NCBI GenBank assembly: GCA_018697095.1
Contig: JABHSG010000003.1
Location: 356,839-420,838 of the forward strand
Direction of reading: 5' to 3'
DNA length: 64,000 nucleotides
Source of the DNA: an archaeon
GTDB taxonomy: Archaea; Nanobdellota; Nanobdellia; Woesearchaeales; GW2011-AR9
Below, in pieces: positions 1 through 10,768 of the stretch. Positions within the stretch are counted from its first letter, which is position 1. Every line of letters begins with the position of its first letter. Under the pieces are notes generated by a model. It saw only the letters and a program-made list of their open reading frames with translations. It did not search any database and was not told the DNA's origin. Position numbers and translations under genes: made by a program.

Positions 1-2
1 AA

Positions 3-584
3 AAAGGAGTTGAAGCAAATGCAATGTGTAATTCAGACGGAGCATATTCTAGTTGGGTTGGAACTGCAGGAAATGTTTTGACAATTCTTTGTGATGGTTT
101 AGAATTTTCTGTTGATTATTTCCATTTAACAAGTTCTGGATTCAAAGGTGATAAATCTAAACCATATTTTACAACTCCAAAAAAAAAAGCAATTATCAAA
201 AAGTTAACTACAGGTAAAAAAGCTGCAATTGTGGGATCAACTGGAACCAAAAACCCACATCTACACCTTGAAGCAAGAGCAAGTGAAACATTTTTAGCAG
301 CTCTTTATCAGATAGATCATAGCTTTGCACCAAAAGAACTTTCTTGTTACATTGACCCAGAACATCTAGGTAAAGATGGTTGCAGGTACATTGAAGTTAT
401 TGGTGGTGAACCAATAGTCCATTATCCTTTCAATCCAGGACATTTACTAACAGCGCTTGAATTAAACAGAGACTTAGGTCCAATAGATCTAGCAATTCCA
501 GATTCTTATGCACAGGCAGTTACAGGTGCAAATCCTAGCACAAAAGACACAGGGAATCCAGCAAACACTCCAGGATCACTGTAA
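3..584 (+). CDS. M23-family metallopeptidase, C-terminal part (5'-truncated by window edge)
   Basis: Frame is open back to base 3 (KGVEANAM...). Motifs GNVLTI, YFHL, VGSTG-TKNPHLHLE and IDP match the M23 pattern GN-x-V..YxHL..VGxTGxSTGPHLHFE..IDP. The HxxxD motif would lie just outside the window. Confidence 0.75.
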   Translation, partial: KGVEANAMCNSDGAYSSWVGTAGNVLTILCDGLEFSVDYFHLTSSGFKGDKSKPYFTTPKKKAIIKKLTTGKKAAIVGSTGTKNPHLHLEARASETFLAALYQIDHSFAPKELSCYIDPEHLGKDGCRYIEVIGGEPIVHYPFNPGHLLTALELNRDLGPIDLAIPDSYAQAVTGANPSTKDTGNPANTPGSL

Positions 585-760
585 TTCTTATCTTCTAAAT
601 AATTTATTTATCTCATTTTCTTTTCTTGTACTTCTACTACAGTAGATGCAATTCTTCTTGATTCAAAGGATTTCTTGCTCTGAAAGCTAAAATTAAGGAT
701 TTCGGATTTCATCCATTTTCAGACTAAATCCTTTTAAATAAGACTACTTTTGAGTGACGA

Positions 761-3319
761 GTGGAAGATACGCCTGTCTCGGGGCAACTCGAGAGATGGG
801 TGGTAGCGCAAGCGCCGCCAGGATCAAAGAGTTCAGTAGCGCCAGCAAGCTTAGAATCAATTCTTTCTCAAAGAGGAATAAGAAATTCCGCCAAAGCTAG
901 AAATGTAGTTCCCTGGCTTCGTGACGAATCCTTAAATCATAGCAACTTTGATTACGTTCAGGCAGCCCTTGGCCTTGCAGATCTGCAGTTCCACGGACAA
1001 AAAAAAGGAAGAGCAAGAACAAACAAACAAACAATGAGGCCAAGCGGTTTAACTTATCTTGGCAAGGAATTAGAAGCTTATTTTGCTGACAGCGAAGGGA
1101 ATTTCAATGCTCCTCAATTAGAAAATTTAGAAAATCATCTAACAAACACAGCGGCTAACTTTTACTTTGAAAAAAATAATGCTCTTGAAGTTCTTTTCGA
1201 GCAAGTTAGTAATAGAGGTAATTTCAAATCAAATCTAACTGATATTACAAGTAGACTTCACACTCCAAACAAACGTTACACAACTCTAGAAGCTGCTGCA
1301 GACATTTATTCTTCAGCAAGTTTCAATGTTAGTAAACATTTAACAAATGCAGTGCATGCTCTTACTCGCTCCGGCCAAAGCTGGGCTAAAAGATACGATG
1401 CAGTTTCTAAGCAACTTGAATCATTTGCACAAAGAAAAAATGGAGCTGACCTAAGTGAAGCAGAACAAGACCTTCTTGGAAGAATGCAGTCTTATATCTG
1501 TGAAAATAAAACTCTAAAAAAATCTGGTGGGTCAAAAAATGCTAATCACAGTTATGGGGACATTAAAGCAAGACTTACAAGGCAACTAGAAGTTGCAAAA
1601 CAATCTGAAATTGGGAAAGCATATTCAACTGCTGTTGATGAATTAAAAAAAGTATTCTCTAGGGCTGAATCATCAAACACTCAATATGATCCTATGCTTA
1701 GTGAAGATAAAAGACCACTTAATGATACTAGGGCAAGACCAGACTTAATGTATGCAGCACAGCAAATTATTGAAGATTCAACTCCACTTGAAAGTATTGT
1801 ATCTGGCGTTGATGGGAGATTTGTATCATGGGTAAAAAGTAAAATTGGAAATAAAGTTCATTCTAGTTTCGGGTCAGATTATATTGTTCTCTCAGCGGTA
1901 AAAAGAGTAATGGATTTAGATCCTGCCTTCAAAGTAAACTCTGGCCTTTACAAAAAAATCGAGCAAAGAATTCTTGGAAAAGTAGATTTAGATCTCTCCT
2001 TAGCAACTGCAAAAACAGACAATCACTTAGATGAAGCGCAATGGGATTACATAGCGCAGCATAGTTGGATACCAAGTTCTTCTAATCTTTTAGTTCCATC
2101 TTCTACTGTAATAGAAGTTTCAGATCCAATTATTTTAACTGATTATCAGTTTAGAAGAAGTGAACTACGAAGAAGACTTGACGGAATTTATGTTGCTTCT
2201 TTTGATTATCCAATTGCTCATAGTGAACCAAAAAGAAATAAACCAAGACAAAGAAGATTTGGTGCTTCTGTTGCACTTGCTGCTGCAGCTCTTTTAGGAG
2301 TTGTAAATCTTTCTACAAACTTAGTTCCAGATTTTTTATCCTCAACAGTTTCAGCTCCAAAATATGCTCAACATTTAACTGCGCAAATAGCCCCAATTGT
2401 TTTACCAGAAACAAACCCACTTACTGATTCAGAACTAAGGGCGCAGTATGCCGGGAAAAATACAAGAGAAATGACCGGTATTGATGTATCAGCACTTTAT
2501 TCAACTTTTGAAGGAGCTATGAACCCAAGAAGAACACATGCCGCAAAAGGTAAAAGGTTTGATCCTGTGAAGATAAAAGAACTCATGGAAGAACATGAAC
2601 TTACAAAAGCTCAACTATTTGCTAATGAAGAATTAAGTGCAACCATTCCAAAAAAAACACATTGGGGTGTGGATACAAATCCTCAAGAAAATTCTACTAC
2701 TGTTCGTGCAATGTTTGAAGTAGGAATTTATTGTAAAGCAAAAAATAGTGGTCTTGGAAATATAATCATTGGACTTGATTTAGATGGATCTCATGCTGCT
2801 GAAAGAAAAGTACATAATACTCTTGTATATCTAGACGCTCATCTTGATGGATATGCCCCGATTTGGGATCAAAAAGGAATAATGAAAGGTCATATAGCAG
2901 AAATGTTTCCGGATTTAAAAATGGGTGATTTAAGAAATCTCCAGTGTATCTATGCTCCAGGAGGAACTGGGCTTGCATTAGTTGGAACAACTGGCCATTC
3001 TACTAGCGATCATCTTCATAGAGAAGCAGCAGTGTGTAATCCTAATTATGACCAATTAGATACTTCAGTAACTTGGATTAATCCAAGGGGTAGGCATAAG
3101 TTGTTTGGAACAAGATGTTCTTCAATTGATCCAGGAGTTATAATGCAATCTGCAGACAAATATTCTTTTAGATGGGAAGCTCCTAAATCTCCTGGACAAA
3201 AACTTATGCCAACTGATCAAATGGGACCTTCTTCTCAAGATGCTTCTTCTTCAACAGCAGATGCATCTCAATTAGACACTGGTGCACCTTCCACTGGTCA
3301 CTCACAATATTCATTTTGA
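761..3319 (+). CDS. membrane-anchored protein with C-terminal M23-family metallopeptidase domain
   Basis: About 500 aa soluble N-region, basic patch RNKPRQRR followed by a hydrophobic helix (FGASVALAAAALLGVV), then HWGVD (HxxxD), GLGNIIIG, YLDAHLD, VGTTGHSTSDHLHRE (HxH) and IDP. TATA-like CTTTTAAATA lies about 25 nt upstream of the GTG. Confidence 0.8.
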   Translation: MEDTPVSGQLERWVVAQAPPGSKSSVAPASLESILSQRGIRNSAKARNVVPWLRDESLNHSNFDYVQAALGLADLQFHGQKKGRARTNKQTMRPSGLTYLGKELEAYFADSEGNFNAPQLENLENHLTNTAANFYFEKNNALEVLFEQVSNRGNFKSNLTDITSRLHTPNKRYTTLEAAADIYSSASFNVSKHLTNAVHALTRSGQSWAKRYDAVSKQLESFAQRKNGADLSEAEQDLLGRMQSYICENKTLKKSGGSKNANHSYGDIKARLTRQLEVAKQSEIGKAYSTAVDELKKVFSRAESSNTQYDPMLSEDKRPLNDTRARPDLMYAAQQIIEDSTPLESIVSGVDGRFVSWVKSKIGNKVHSSFGSDYIVLSAVKRVMDLDPAFKVNSGLYKKIEQRILGKVDLDLSLATAKTDNHLDEAQWDYIAQHSWIPSSSNLLVPSSTVIEVSDPIILTDYQFRRSELRRRLDGIYVASFDYPIAHSEPKRNKPRQRRFGASVALAAAALLGVVNLSTNLVPDFLSSTVSAPKYAQHLTAQIAPIVLPETNPLTDSELRAQYAGKNTREMTGIDVSALYSTFEGAMNPRRTHAAKGKRFDPVKIKELMEEHELTKAQLFANEELSATIPKKTHWGVDTNPQENSTTVRAMFEVGIYCKAKNSGLGNIIIGLDLDGSHAAERKVHNTLVYLDAHLDGYAPIWDQKGIMKGHIAEMFPDLKMGDLRNLQCIYAPGGTGLALVGTTGHSTSDHLHREAAVCNPNYDQLDTSVTWINPRGRHKLFGTRCSSIDPGVIMQSADKYSFRWEAPKSPGQKLMPTDQMGPSSQDASSSTADASQLDTGAPSTGHSQYSF

Positions 3320-3568
3320 GTTCAATTTCTAAAAGGTCATTGCGTAGCAAATCCTCTAGCTTCTATCTCGCCCACTCTCAAGGTAGTAATTACCTTCTCC
3401 TTCTATGGCAGACTTCTCTGATATACTAAGCACCTTCTGATTCTATTTAATTAAAATAGATTAATTGCTAGTTAGTGAAAACAACAAGAAACTACTAAAA
3501 AGTAACAAACTAACGAGATAATTTATAAAGTACTACTCTTTAGAGACATTAAGTCAGCATTTCATAAC

Positions 3569-4618
3569 ATGGCAGAAGACACAGCAGCAGAAGGAATAGT
3601 ACAAGGTACAAGCAGAGTAGTGCCAGCTATTGCTTTAGGATATGATTCTGCGGACATTAAATGGGCCCTAACACAACGTGGACTTTCTTTTCCTCTTTAT
3701 AATGCAGGAACAGGGCTTCCTGTTGAACCTCAACCATCAGATACTAGTAGAGGTGAAGTTAAGATTGGAGAGTCATATGTTGATGATCCAACTGTTAAAG
3801 TAACTCCGGTAACTCAAAGTGCCGTTGTCAAAGAATTAGATTCTTCAACATTAACTTTTGGAATGGATCCTTATAATCAAGTGACCAGTGGGAACTCAAC
3901 TTGGGTTGAAGAAGCAACAGGTAAAGAACAAATTTGCCCTCCAAGCCAATCAAGCCTTTTTGATTTAGGACAAATTGCGGGACCTAATTCAGCACCTTCA
4001 GATTTGACTATGAGCGAGAAGGTAGGCATTTTAACAACTTTGTTTGGAGAAAACGTAAATGAAGATCACATCTTAAAATCAAGCGATCGGTATGTTAGAG
4101 CAATCGCTGTTTCAGCTCATAATAGGTGGCCGTGGGCAGTTCTTCAAGAAAGAGCAACAAAAAAAATTGATGCAGAGACTACAAGGTTAGAAACACTTGT
4201 TGGAGCTAAATTTGAACCAACTTATTCTGTTGATAGTCAATTAACAATTGCTGTAGACTATCAAACTGGCAGTTCAACTACTTATAGGCAAATAAGAGAT
4301 GAACAATCAACAAACTGGGGACTTGAAGCTCCAATGCCATTTAAGATTCAAGGTGAAGGTAGAACTAGTTACAGTATTAATGAATTACTTGATGCAGCGA
4401 ATACTTATGTGCAAAGCCAAAATGTATCAGATCGAGATGATTCAACAATGACTGTCCCTGTAACATCAGATTCTGGGCAAGATTATAGTGAATTAACAAC
4501 AATTCAAATGTTTCCTCAGGCAGCCCGTGCTAGAAGATTTTGGGAAGATAGTCCTAGGCCTACAACTACTATGGGCGGCAATAATCTAAATACTGCAAAC
4601 GGAACCTACAATCAGTAA
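3569..4618 (+). CDS. hypothetical protein (acidic, Ser/Thr-rich)
   Basis: 349-aa ORF with TATA (TTTATAAA) upstream; no recognisable motif. Confidence 0.75.
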   Translation: MAEDTAAEGIVQGTSRVVPAIALGYDSADIKWALTQRGLSFPLYNAGTGLPVEPQPSDTSRGEVKIGESYVDDPTVKVTPVTQSAVVKELDSSTLTFGMDPYNQVTSGNSTWVEEATGKEQICPPSQSSLFDLGQIAGPNSAPSDLTMSEKVGILTTLFGENVNEDHILKSSDRYVRAIAVSAHNRWPWAVLQERATKKIDAETTRLETLVGAKFEPTYSVDSQLTIAVDYQTGSSTTYRQIRDEQSTNWGLEAPMPFKIQGEGRTSYSINELLDAANTYVQSQNVSDRDDSTMTVPVTSDSGQDYSELTTIQMFPQAARARRFWEDSPRPTTTMGGNNLNTANGTYNQ

Positions 4619-4681
4619 AATTTTCTGCTTTTCAAAATAGTTAGTAAAACATATAAACTCATTTTTCTTTCTCTTCTCTAG

Positions 4682-5185
4682 GTGACTGTGGTGGTAAGTA
4701 AATCTAATGTAACATTCTTTATCGGGTCAGATCACCGTGGTTTCAAATTAAAAGAGCAAATTAAAGAATTCTTAGTAAAACAAGACATCCAATTCAAAGA
4801 CTGTGGTAACACAATTTACAAAAAAGATGATGATTATCCAGATTACGCAAAAGCAGTTGCAAAACAAATACAAAAGGCCCTCAAAACAAACCAGCCAGCA
4901 AAAGGAATTCTTCTTTGTGGTTCCGCTGAAGGAATGGTAATAGCTGCTAACAAATTCAAAGCAATTCGTGCAGCATTAACAACATCCAAAGAGCAAACAA
5001 TCCTAGCAGTTAAAGACGATCACATTAATGTTATTTGTATTCCAGCTAATACAAGTAAAATAACTAAATCAAAAAGTATTATCTTAGCATTTCTAAAAGC
5101 AAAAACAAGCCAAGCAAAAAGGCATTTAAGAAGAATAAAAAAAATCAAACAAATAGAAAAAAATAACTTCAAGAGGCTACTATAA
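4682..5185 (+). CDS. rpiB: ribose-5-phosphate isomerase B (RpiB/LacA/LacB family)
   Basis: IGSDHRGFKLKE, DYPDYA, GILLCGSAEGMVIAANKFKAIRAA, RHLRRI motifs. Confidence 0.95.
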   Translation: MTVVVSKSNVTFFIGSDHRGFKLKEQIKEFLVKQDIQFKDCGNTIYKKDDDYPDYAKAVAKQIQKALKTNQPAKGILLCGSAEGMVIAANKFKAIRAALTTSKEQTILAVKDDHINVICIPANTSKITKSKSIILAFLKAKTSQAKRHLRRIKKIKQIEKNNFKRLL

Positions 5186-5823
5186 TGCGAATGCCAAAAA
5201 TCATACCTTCAGTTATGGCAAAAAATCAAACTGAATTAAACTCTCAACTAAAGAATCTAACATCAATTACTAAACATATTCATTTAGACATTGTTGACAA
5301 AAATTTCGCAAACAACAAAGTAATGCAATTCCCTTTCAGACTCAAAAGAAATTTTCAATACTCAGCGCATTTGATGATCAAAGACCCACTAACATGGATT
5401 AAAAAAAATAAATCCAGAATCCAATTTCCAATCCCTCAATTAGAGTCATTAAAAGACCCACAAGCATACTTAACTTACATAAAACAAACAAAGAAACCAG
5501 CAGCACTTGCAATTTTGCCATCAACAAAAATAAATCAAATTAAACCTTACATAAAAGAACTAGACTATCTTCTTATTCTTACAGTCAAACCAGGTTTCTA
5601 TGGTAGCAAATTTATTCCTAAAAGACTCGATATCATAAAAAAAGTAAAATCACTTAGCCCTAAATTAAAAATTATCATCGATGGACACATGAACCCAAAG
5701 ACAATCAAACTAGCAAATAAAGCAGGCGCAGATCATTTCATCGTCGGATCATATCTAAATAGCCAAGAAACAAATAAACAAAAAAAACTAGCTCTCAAAA
5801 AATTAAAACAAATCTTAAATTAA
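5185..5823 (+). CDS. rpe: ribulose-phosphate 3-epimerase
   Basis: IIPSV, HLDIVD, HLMI, LTVKPGFYG, IIDG, AGAD..IVGS; stop/start overlap (TAATG) with rpiB. Confidence 0.92.
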   Translation: MRMPKIIPSVMAKNQTELNSQLKNLTSITKHIHLDIVDKNFANNKVMQFPFRLKRNFQYSAHLMIKDPLTWIKKNKSRIQFPIPQLESLKDPQAYLTYIKQTKKPAALAILPSTKINQIKPYIKELDYLLILTVKPGFYGSKFIPKRLDIIKKVKSLSPKLKIIIDGHMNPKTIKLANKAGADHFIVGSYLNSQETNKQKKLALKKLKQILN

Positions 5824-5874
5824 AAACTCCTTATCCCTAGTAATAGTTATAAAAGAGAGTTCTTTTGGCGTATT

Positions 5875-6228
5875 ATGACTTACCAATATCCAGAAGCTGG
5901 AAAGATTCCTATTTCACCTAAAGATTACTTAGCAATAGATCTTTTTACAGTTTCACCAACTAGTGTTTTTCCTGCAGAATCATTTAGTAATAAAATGCCT
6001 CGTGCCCCTGAACCAATTCACTTATTTTCATTACTTTTTAATGCAGTTGTTGCATACCAAAAAGGCGATAATGAATTAGCGGAATCTTTAGTTAGCAAGT
6101 ACGGAACTGCAAGAGAAAATCTTCCAAGTGGGCTTAGTGCTATCGTAGATCAAAGGTTTGGGAATAGAATTGGAATTGCATTAGATTCAATTGCTTCATA
6201 TCAAAATAAAAGTTCTTCTTCAGAATAA
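5875..6228 (+). CDS. hypothetical protein
   Basis: 117-aa ORF with its own TATA (TTATAAAA) about 25 nt upstream. Confidence 0.65.
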   Translation: MTYQYPEAGKIPISPKDYLAIDLFTVSPTSVFPAESFSNKMPRAPEPIHLFSLLFNAVVAYQKGDNELAESLVSKYGTARENLPSGLSAIVDQRFGNRIGIALDSIASYQNKSSSSE

Positions 6229-6280
6229 TCAATTAAGAAAAATAAAAAAAGTAAAAATAATTTCTAATAATTAAATCAAC

Positions 6281-7606
6281 CTAAGGAGTTAATCTATCTG
6301 GGTCGCGTGGAAGTAAAATCGCTTCACGAACATTATCTAAATTAAGTAATCTAGATGTAATTCTATCAAGCCCCATTCCAACTCCACCGTGTGGTGGACA
6401 ACCAAAACGAAATATGTCTCGATAAAATGTCATTTTAGATAAGTCAATTCCTTTCTCAGCGCATTGCGCTTCAAGCTTCTCCAAGCGATGTTCTCGTTGA
6501 GCGCCTGTTGCAATCTCAACTCCACGAAACAGTAAATCAAAAGACTTAGTCTCATCAGCTTTGCCTTCAGGTTTCATATGGTAAAATGGTCTAACTGCAT
6601 AAGGATAGTTTGTCACAAAAACAAAATCAGCACCATACTTTTCCTTAACCAATTCACCTAAGATAGTTTCAGCTTCAGAATCTAAATCATCTTCTACAGA
6701 CAACTCCTTTCCGCGAGCCTCTTTTATCCAAGCTTTAACTTCGCTCATTGCAAGTCTAGGAATTGATCCTTCTTTAACATCAGCAAGCTCTGCTCCAAGT
6801 AAACTAAGTTCTCCATTACACTTTTCCTTAATTCCAGCAATCAAATGAGTAAAATATTTTTCAATCATATCCATTACATCACTTTCACTTTCAATACAAC
6901 CCATCTCAAAATCAAGACCAGTAAACTCTGTAAGGTGACGACGTGTATGTGAGTTCTCTGCTCGAAATACAGTACCTAATTCGAAAACTCGATCAAAGCC
7001 TCCAGCGATCATCATTTGTTTGTAAACTTGTGGGGATTGCGCAAGTGCTGCTGGTTTTCCAAAATAATCAAATTTGAATTCTTCAGCTCCACTCTCAACT
7101 CCACTAGCTGTAACTTTTGGTGTTTGAATATTAACAAATCCAGATTTAATAAAAAAAGCTACAGTCTCAGAATAAATTCGTGAACGTACAGCAAATATTG
7201 ATCGGATTTTTTCACGCCTAATATCCAAAAATCTGTTATCAAGTCTTTTATCAATGTGAGTTGTTGTGTCTTCACTGATCTCAATAGGAAGTGGTGTTTC
7301 AGAAGCATTCAAAACTTCTAAGTTACTTGCACTTAATTCAATTTCAAGTGTACCAGTTCCTTTAACTTGGTTTTCAGGCCTTGCTTTAACTAGGCCTTTA
7401 ATCATTACAAAATCTTCATTATGAAGTGAACCAGCATTAGCTGCAAGTTCCTTATTCAAAAATACTTGAGTTTTACCATATCGATCCCGAATATCCAAAA
7501 ATCCAATTTTTCCACTTACTCGAACGGAATCAATCCATCCACATAAAACTACTTCTTGGCCAGCATCTACTTTTGATAATTCTCCACATGTGTGTGTTCG
7601 TAACAT
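6281..7606 (-). CDS. aspS: aspartate--tRNA ligase (short archaeal-type catalytic domain)
   Basis: OB-fold N-terminus, LAQSPQVYKQ, FRAE.SHTRRHLTEF, PPHGGVGMGLDR, PRDPDRLTP. Start placed at ATG 7606 below a TATA box. Confidence 0.95.
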   Translation of the reverse strand: MLRTHTCGELSKVDAGQEVVLCGWIDSVRVSGKIGFLDIRDRYGKTQVFLNKELAANAGSLHNEDFVMIKGLVKARPENQVKGTGTLEIELSASNLEVLNASETPLPIEISEDTTTHIDKRLDNRFLDIRREKIRSIFAVRSRIYSETVAFFIKSGFVNIQTPKVTASGVESGAEEFKFDYFGKPAALAQSPQVYKQMMIAGGFDRVFELGTVFRAENSHTRRHLTEFTGLDFEMGCIESESDVMDMIEKYFTHLIAGIKEKCNGELSLLGAELADVKEGSIPRLAMSEVKAWIKEARGKELSVEDDLDSEAETILGELVKEKYGADFVFVTNYPYAVRPFYHMKPEGKADETKSFDLLFRGVEIATGAQREHRLEKLEAQCAEKGIDLSKMTFYRDIFRFGCPPHGGVGMGLDRITSRLLNLDNVREAILLPRDPDRLTP

Positions 7607-7708
7607 AGAAATCAAAGCAAATTCATATTTTATAAAGCTTTACGCCACAAAAATATGACTACTCAAATTTTCAGAAAAAGATATAAACAAAAAAACAAAC
7701 ATAACACT

Positions 7709-8389
7709 ATGAAATTCTATCTATCATCCTACAAACTTGGAAATAAGGCAAGCATTCTTCAAAGCTGGTTCGAACAAACAAAAAACAAGAAAATTGCTTT
7801 AATTCCTAATGCTATTGATTATTCAACAAAAGGTCAAGAATTCATGGCCAAGAAAAATCAAAGAAGCCTGAAACTCTTAGCTGGAATTGGTCTAGAACCA
7901 GAAGTTCTTGATCTCAAAGATTATTTTAACAAAAAAGAAGAACTAAAAACAAAACTAAGCGAATTTGCAGGAGTTTTCATCAGGGGTGGAAACACTTTTG
8001 TTCTAAGAGCAGCTATGAAACTCAGTGGATTCGATCAAATCATAACTCAAATAAAAGAAAACCCACAAACAAAGCAAGAAAAAGGTTTCATCTACTCAGG
8101 TTACAGTGCAGGAATTTGTATCCTTGCAGAAGATATGCACTCTTTGCAAATAGTAGACGATCCAAATAAGTTCCCTTATGCAAAATTATTCAATCCAGAT
8201 GCTAATAATCACAAAATAGCAAATCAAACAATATGGGAAGGCTTAGGATTCCTAACTTACATGATTTTGCCTCACTATGATTCAGATCATCCAGAAAGCG
8301 CGGATATAGAAAAGGAAGTGAAGTATTGTAAAGACAACAACTTACCATACAAAACCTTAAGGGATGGCGAAGTAATAATCATCGAGTAA
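7709..8389 (+). CDS. peptidase S51 (dipeptidase E-like, class I glutamine amidotransferase-like fold)
   Basis: GGNTFVL, GYSAG nucleophile elbow, ILPHY, LRDGE. Start moved to MKFYLSS. Confidence 0.88.
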   Translation: MKFYLSSYKLGNKASILQSWFEQTKNKKIALIPNAIDYSTKGQEFMAKKNQRSLKLLAGIGLEPEVLDLKDYFNKKEELKTKLSEFAGVFIRGGNTFVLRAAMKLSGFDQIITQIKENPQTKQEKGFIYSGYSAGICILAEDMHSLQIVDDPNKFPYAKLFNPDANNHKIANQTIWEGLGFLTYMILPHYDSDHPESADIEKEVKYCKDNNLPYKTLRDGEVIIIE

Positions 8390-8434
8390 AAACAATCTCA
8401 ACTTTTATTAATGGAACTTCTTTTCTAAGCTATA

Positions 8435-9382
8435 ATGAAAAAAGCAACTTTAACATTTTTACTAATAACTATTTTCATTCTAACGATTCTTCTTTCATCT
8501 ACTGCATTTGCAACAATCAATATTGATTCCTATACAATCACCTCAGAACCAATCAATCAAAAAGAAGTTCACACAAAACTAGAACTAATTTTAGAAAATA
8601 CTGATCAAAACCCAATAAACTCTCTTAAACTGCATGTCCCAAAAGACGCTCAAATTTTATCAATTAAAGATTCTTTTGGTGACTTAAACTACCAATTAAC
8701 AAATGCGCAAGACATCATGGACTTATTACTAAATTTCGACATCCCTTTCCAAGCAAAAGAAACCAGAACTCTTACAATCACTATGCAAACTCAAAGCATT
8801 GTTCAAAAAGCGAATTATTTTGAATATCTAAAAGCAGTATCACCAAGCCAAGATGTAGAAAATTTTGAACATATCCTTAAACTTTCTAAAGATGCATATC
8901 TTTACGAGTTATCAAATGATAACGCGCTAATTTTCCCTCAAGAAGCAAGTATCGAAGAACTTGATGACATGATCATTATACGTTGGAAACAAAACCTCAA
9001 AGCCGGCGAGCAGTACATTTTTCTAGCACGCTTTGGTCAAGATCTGGGGTTCAACTACTGGAAAACCGCGTTTTTTACTCTTCTAACACTCATTCTTATT
9101 GTAGCACTTATATTCACAACAAAAAAAATAAGAGCATACAGCTTCCAGAAAAAAGCTATGGCAGCAAGCGGACTTTTAGGTTCTGCTGAAAACCAAATTC
9201 TAAAACTCATCATCCAAGAAAAACAAATAAAACAATATGAATTGGTGCGAAAGTTAGGTTTCAACAAATCAAGAGTAAGTAAAATTATCAAAAAGTTAGA
9301 ATTAAGAGAATTAATCAGCATTAAAAAAGAAGGAAAAGTAAAAATTATTGGTGTTGGTAAAGGCCTGCATGAAAAGTTATAA
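8435..9382 (+). CDS. membrane-spanning protein with extracellular beta-rich domain and C-terminal winged-helix HTH (COG2512-like)
   Basis: Signal peptide, about 180-aa ectodomain, TM helix, then EnqILklI..IKQYELVRKLGFNKSRVSKIIKKLELRELI..KKEGK wHTH. Confidence 0.85.
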   Translation: MKKATLTFLLITIFILTILLSSTAFATINIDSYTITSEPINQKEVHTKLELILENTDQNPINSLKLHVPKDAQILSIKDSFGDLNYQLTNAQDIMDLLLNFDIPFQAKETRTLTITMQTQSIVQKANYFEYLKAVSPSQDVENFEHILKLSKDAYLYELSNDNALIFPQEASIEELDDMIIIRWKQNLKAGEQYIFLARFGQDLGFNYWKTAFFTLLTLILIVALIFTTKKIRAYSFQKKAMAASGLLGSAENQILKLIIQEKQIKQYELVRKLGFNKSRVSKIIKKLELRELISIKKEGKVKIIGVGKGLHEKL

Positions 9383-9444
9383 TCAAAGTGAATAAAATAT
9401 TTTTCAACTAATAAAAAATAAAATAAAAATTCTAACAAAACAAA

Positions 9445-9737
9445 TCAGATAATATCTCCAAGGTCAGCATAACTCTCATCCAAAAGCAGTTCAGAATCAT
9501 AAGTCAAACCTTCCTTTTCTCCCCCAGTATAATCTACTGTGTAATCAACATCTACCTTAACCACGACTTCACTTTCTTCCTTTGATACATCCTTAGAAAA
9601 AACAGAAAAAGCATTACTGATTTTATCTCCAAGCGAAAAAGAATTGCGTTTATCTGTAATGTCAATTACTCCTTCACTTTGTAGAGTACAAGAGCTAAGC
9701 AGTAAAGAAAAAACCAAGATGATCAAAATTACAATCC

Positions 9738-9741
<4 letters not shown>
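9445..9741 (-). CDS. small putative lipoprotein
   Basis: Hydrophobic N-terminus ending LLSSC (lipobox-like); overlaps the upstream gene stop by 4 nt. Confidence 0.7.
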
Positions 9742-10673
<932 letters not shown>

Positions 10674-10768
10674 AGTTTCTAACCTCTATTTTCATTGCTC
10701 CAATATAAGCATTCTGTTGAAATTTAGTAAAAAATAAAAAATAAATTCAATTAATCCTGAGCGCAGAT

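Noticed and set aside
3339-3349. TTGC-GTA-GCAA mini-hairpin, with similar TTGC-N2-GCAA at about 16736 and 20001, as a repeat family
   Set aside because: Too short to separate from chance without a genome-wide count.
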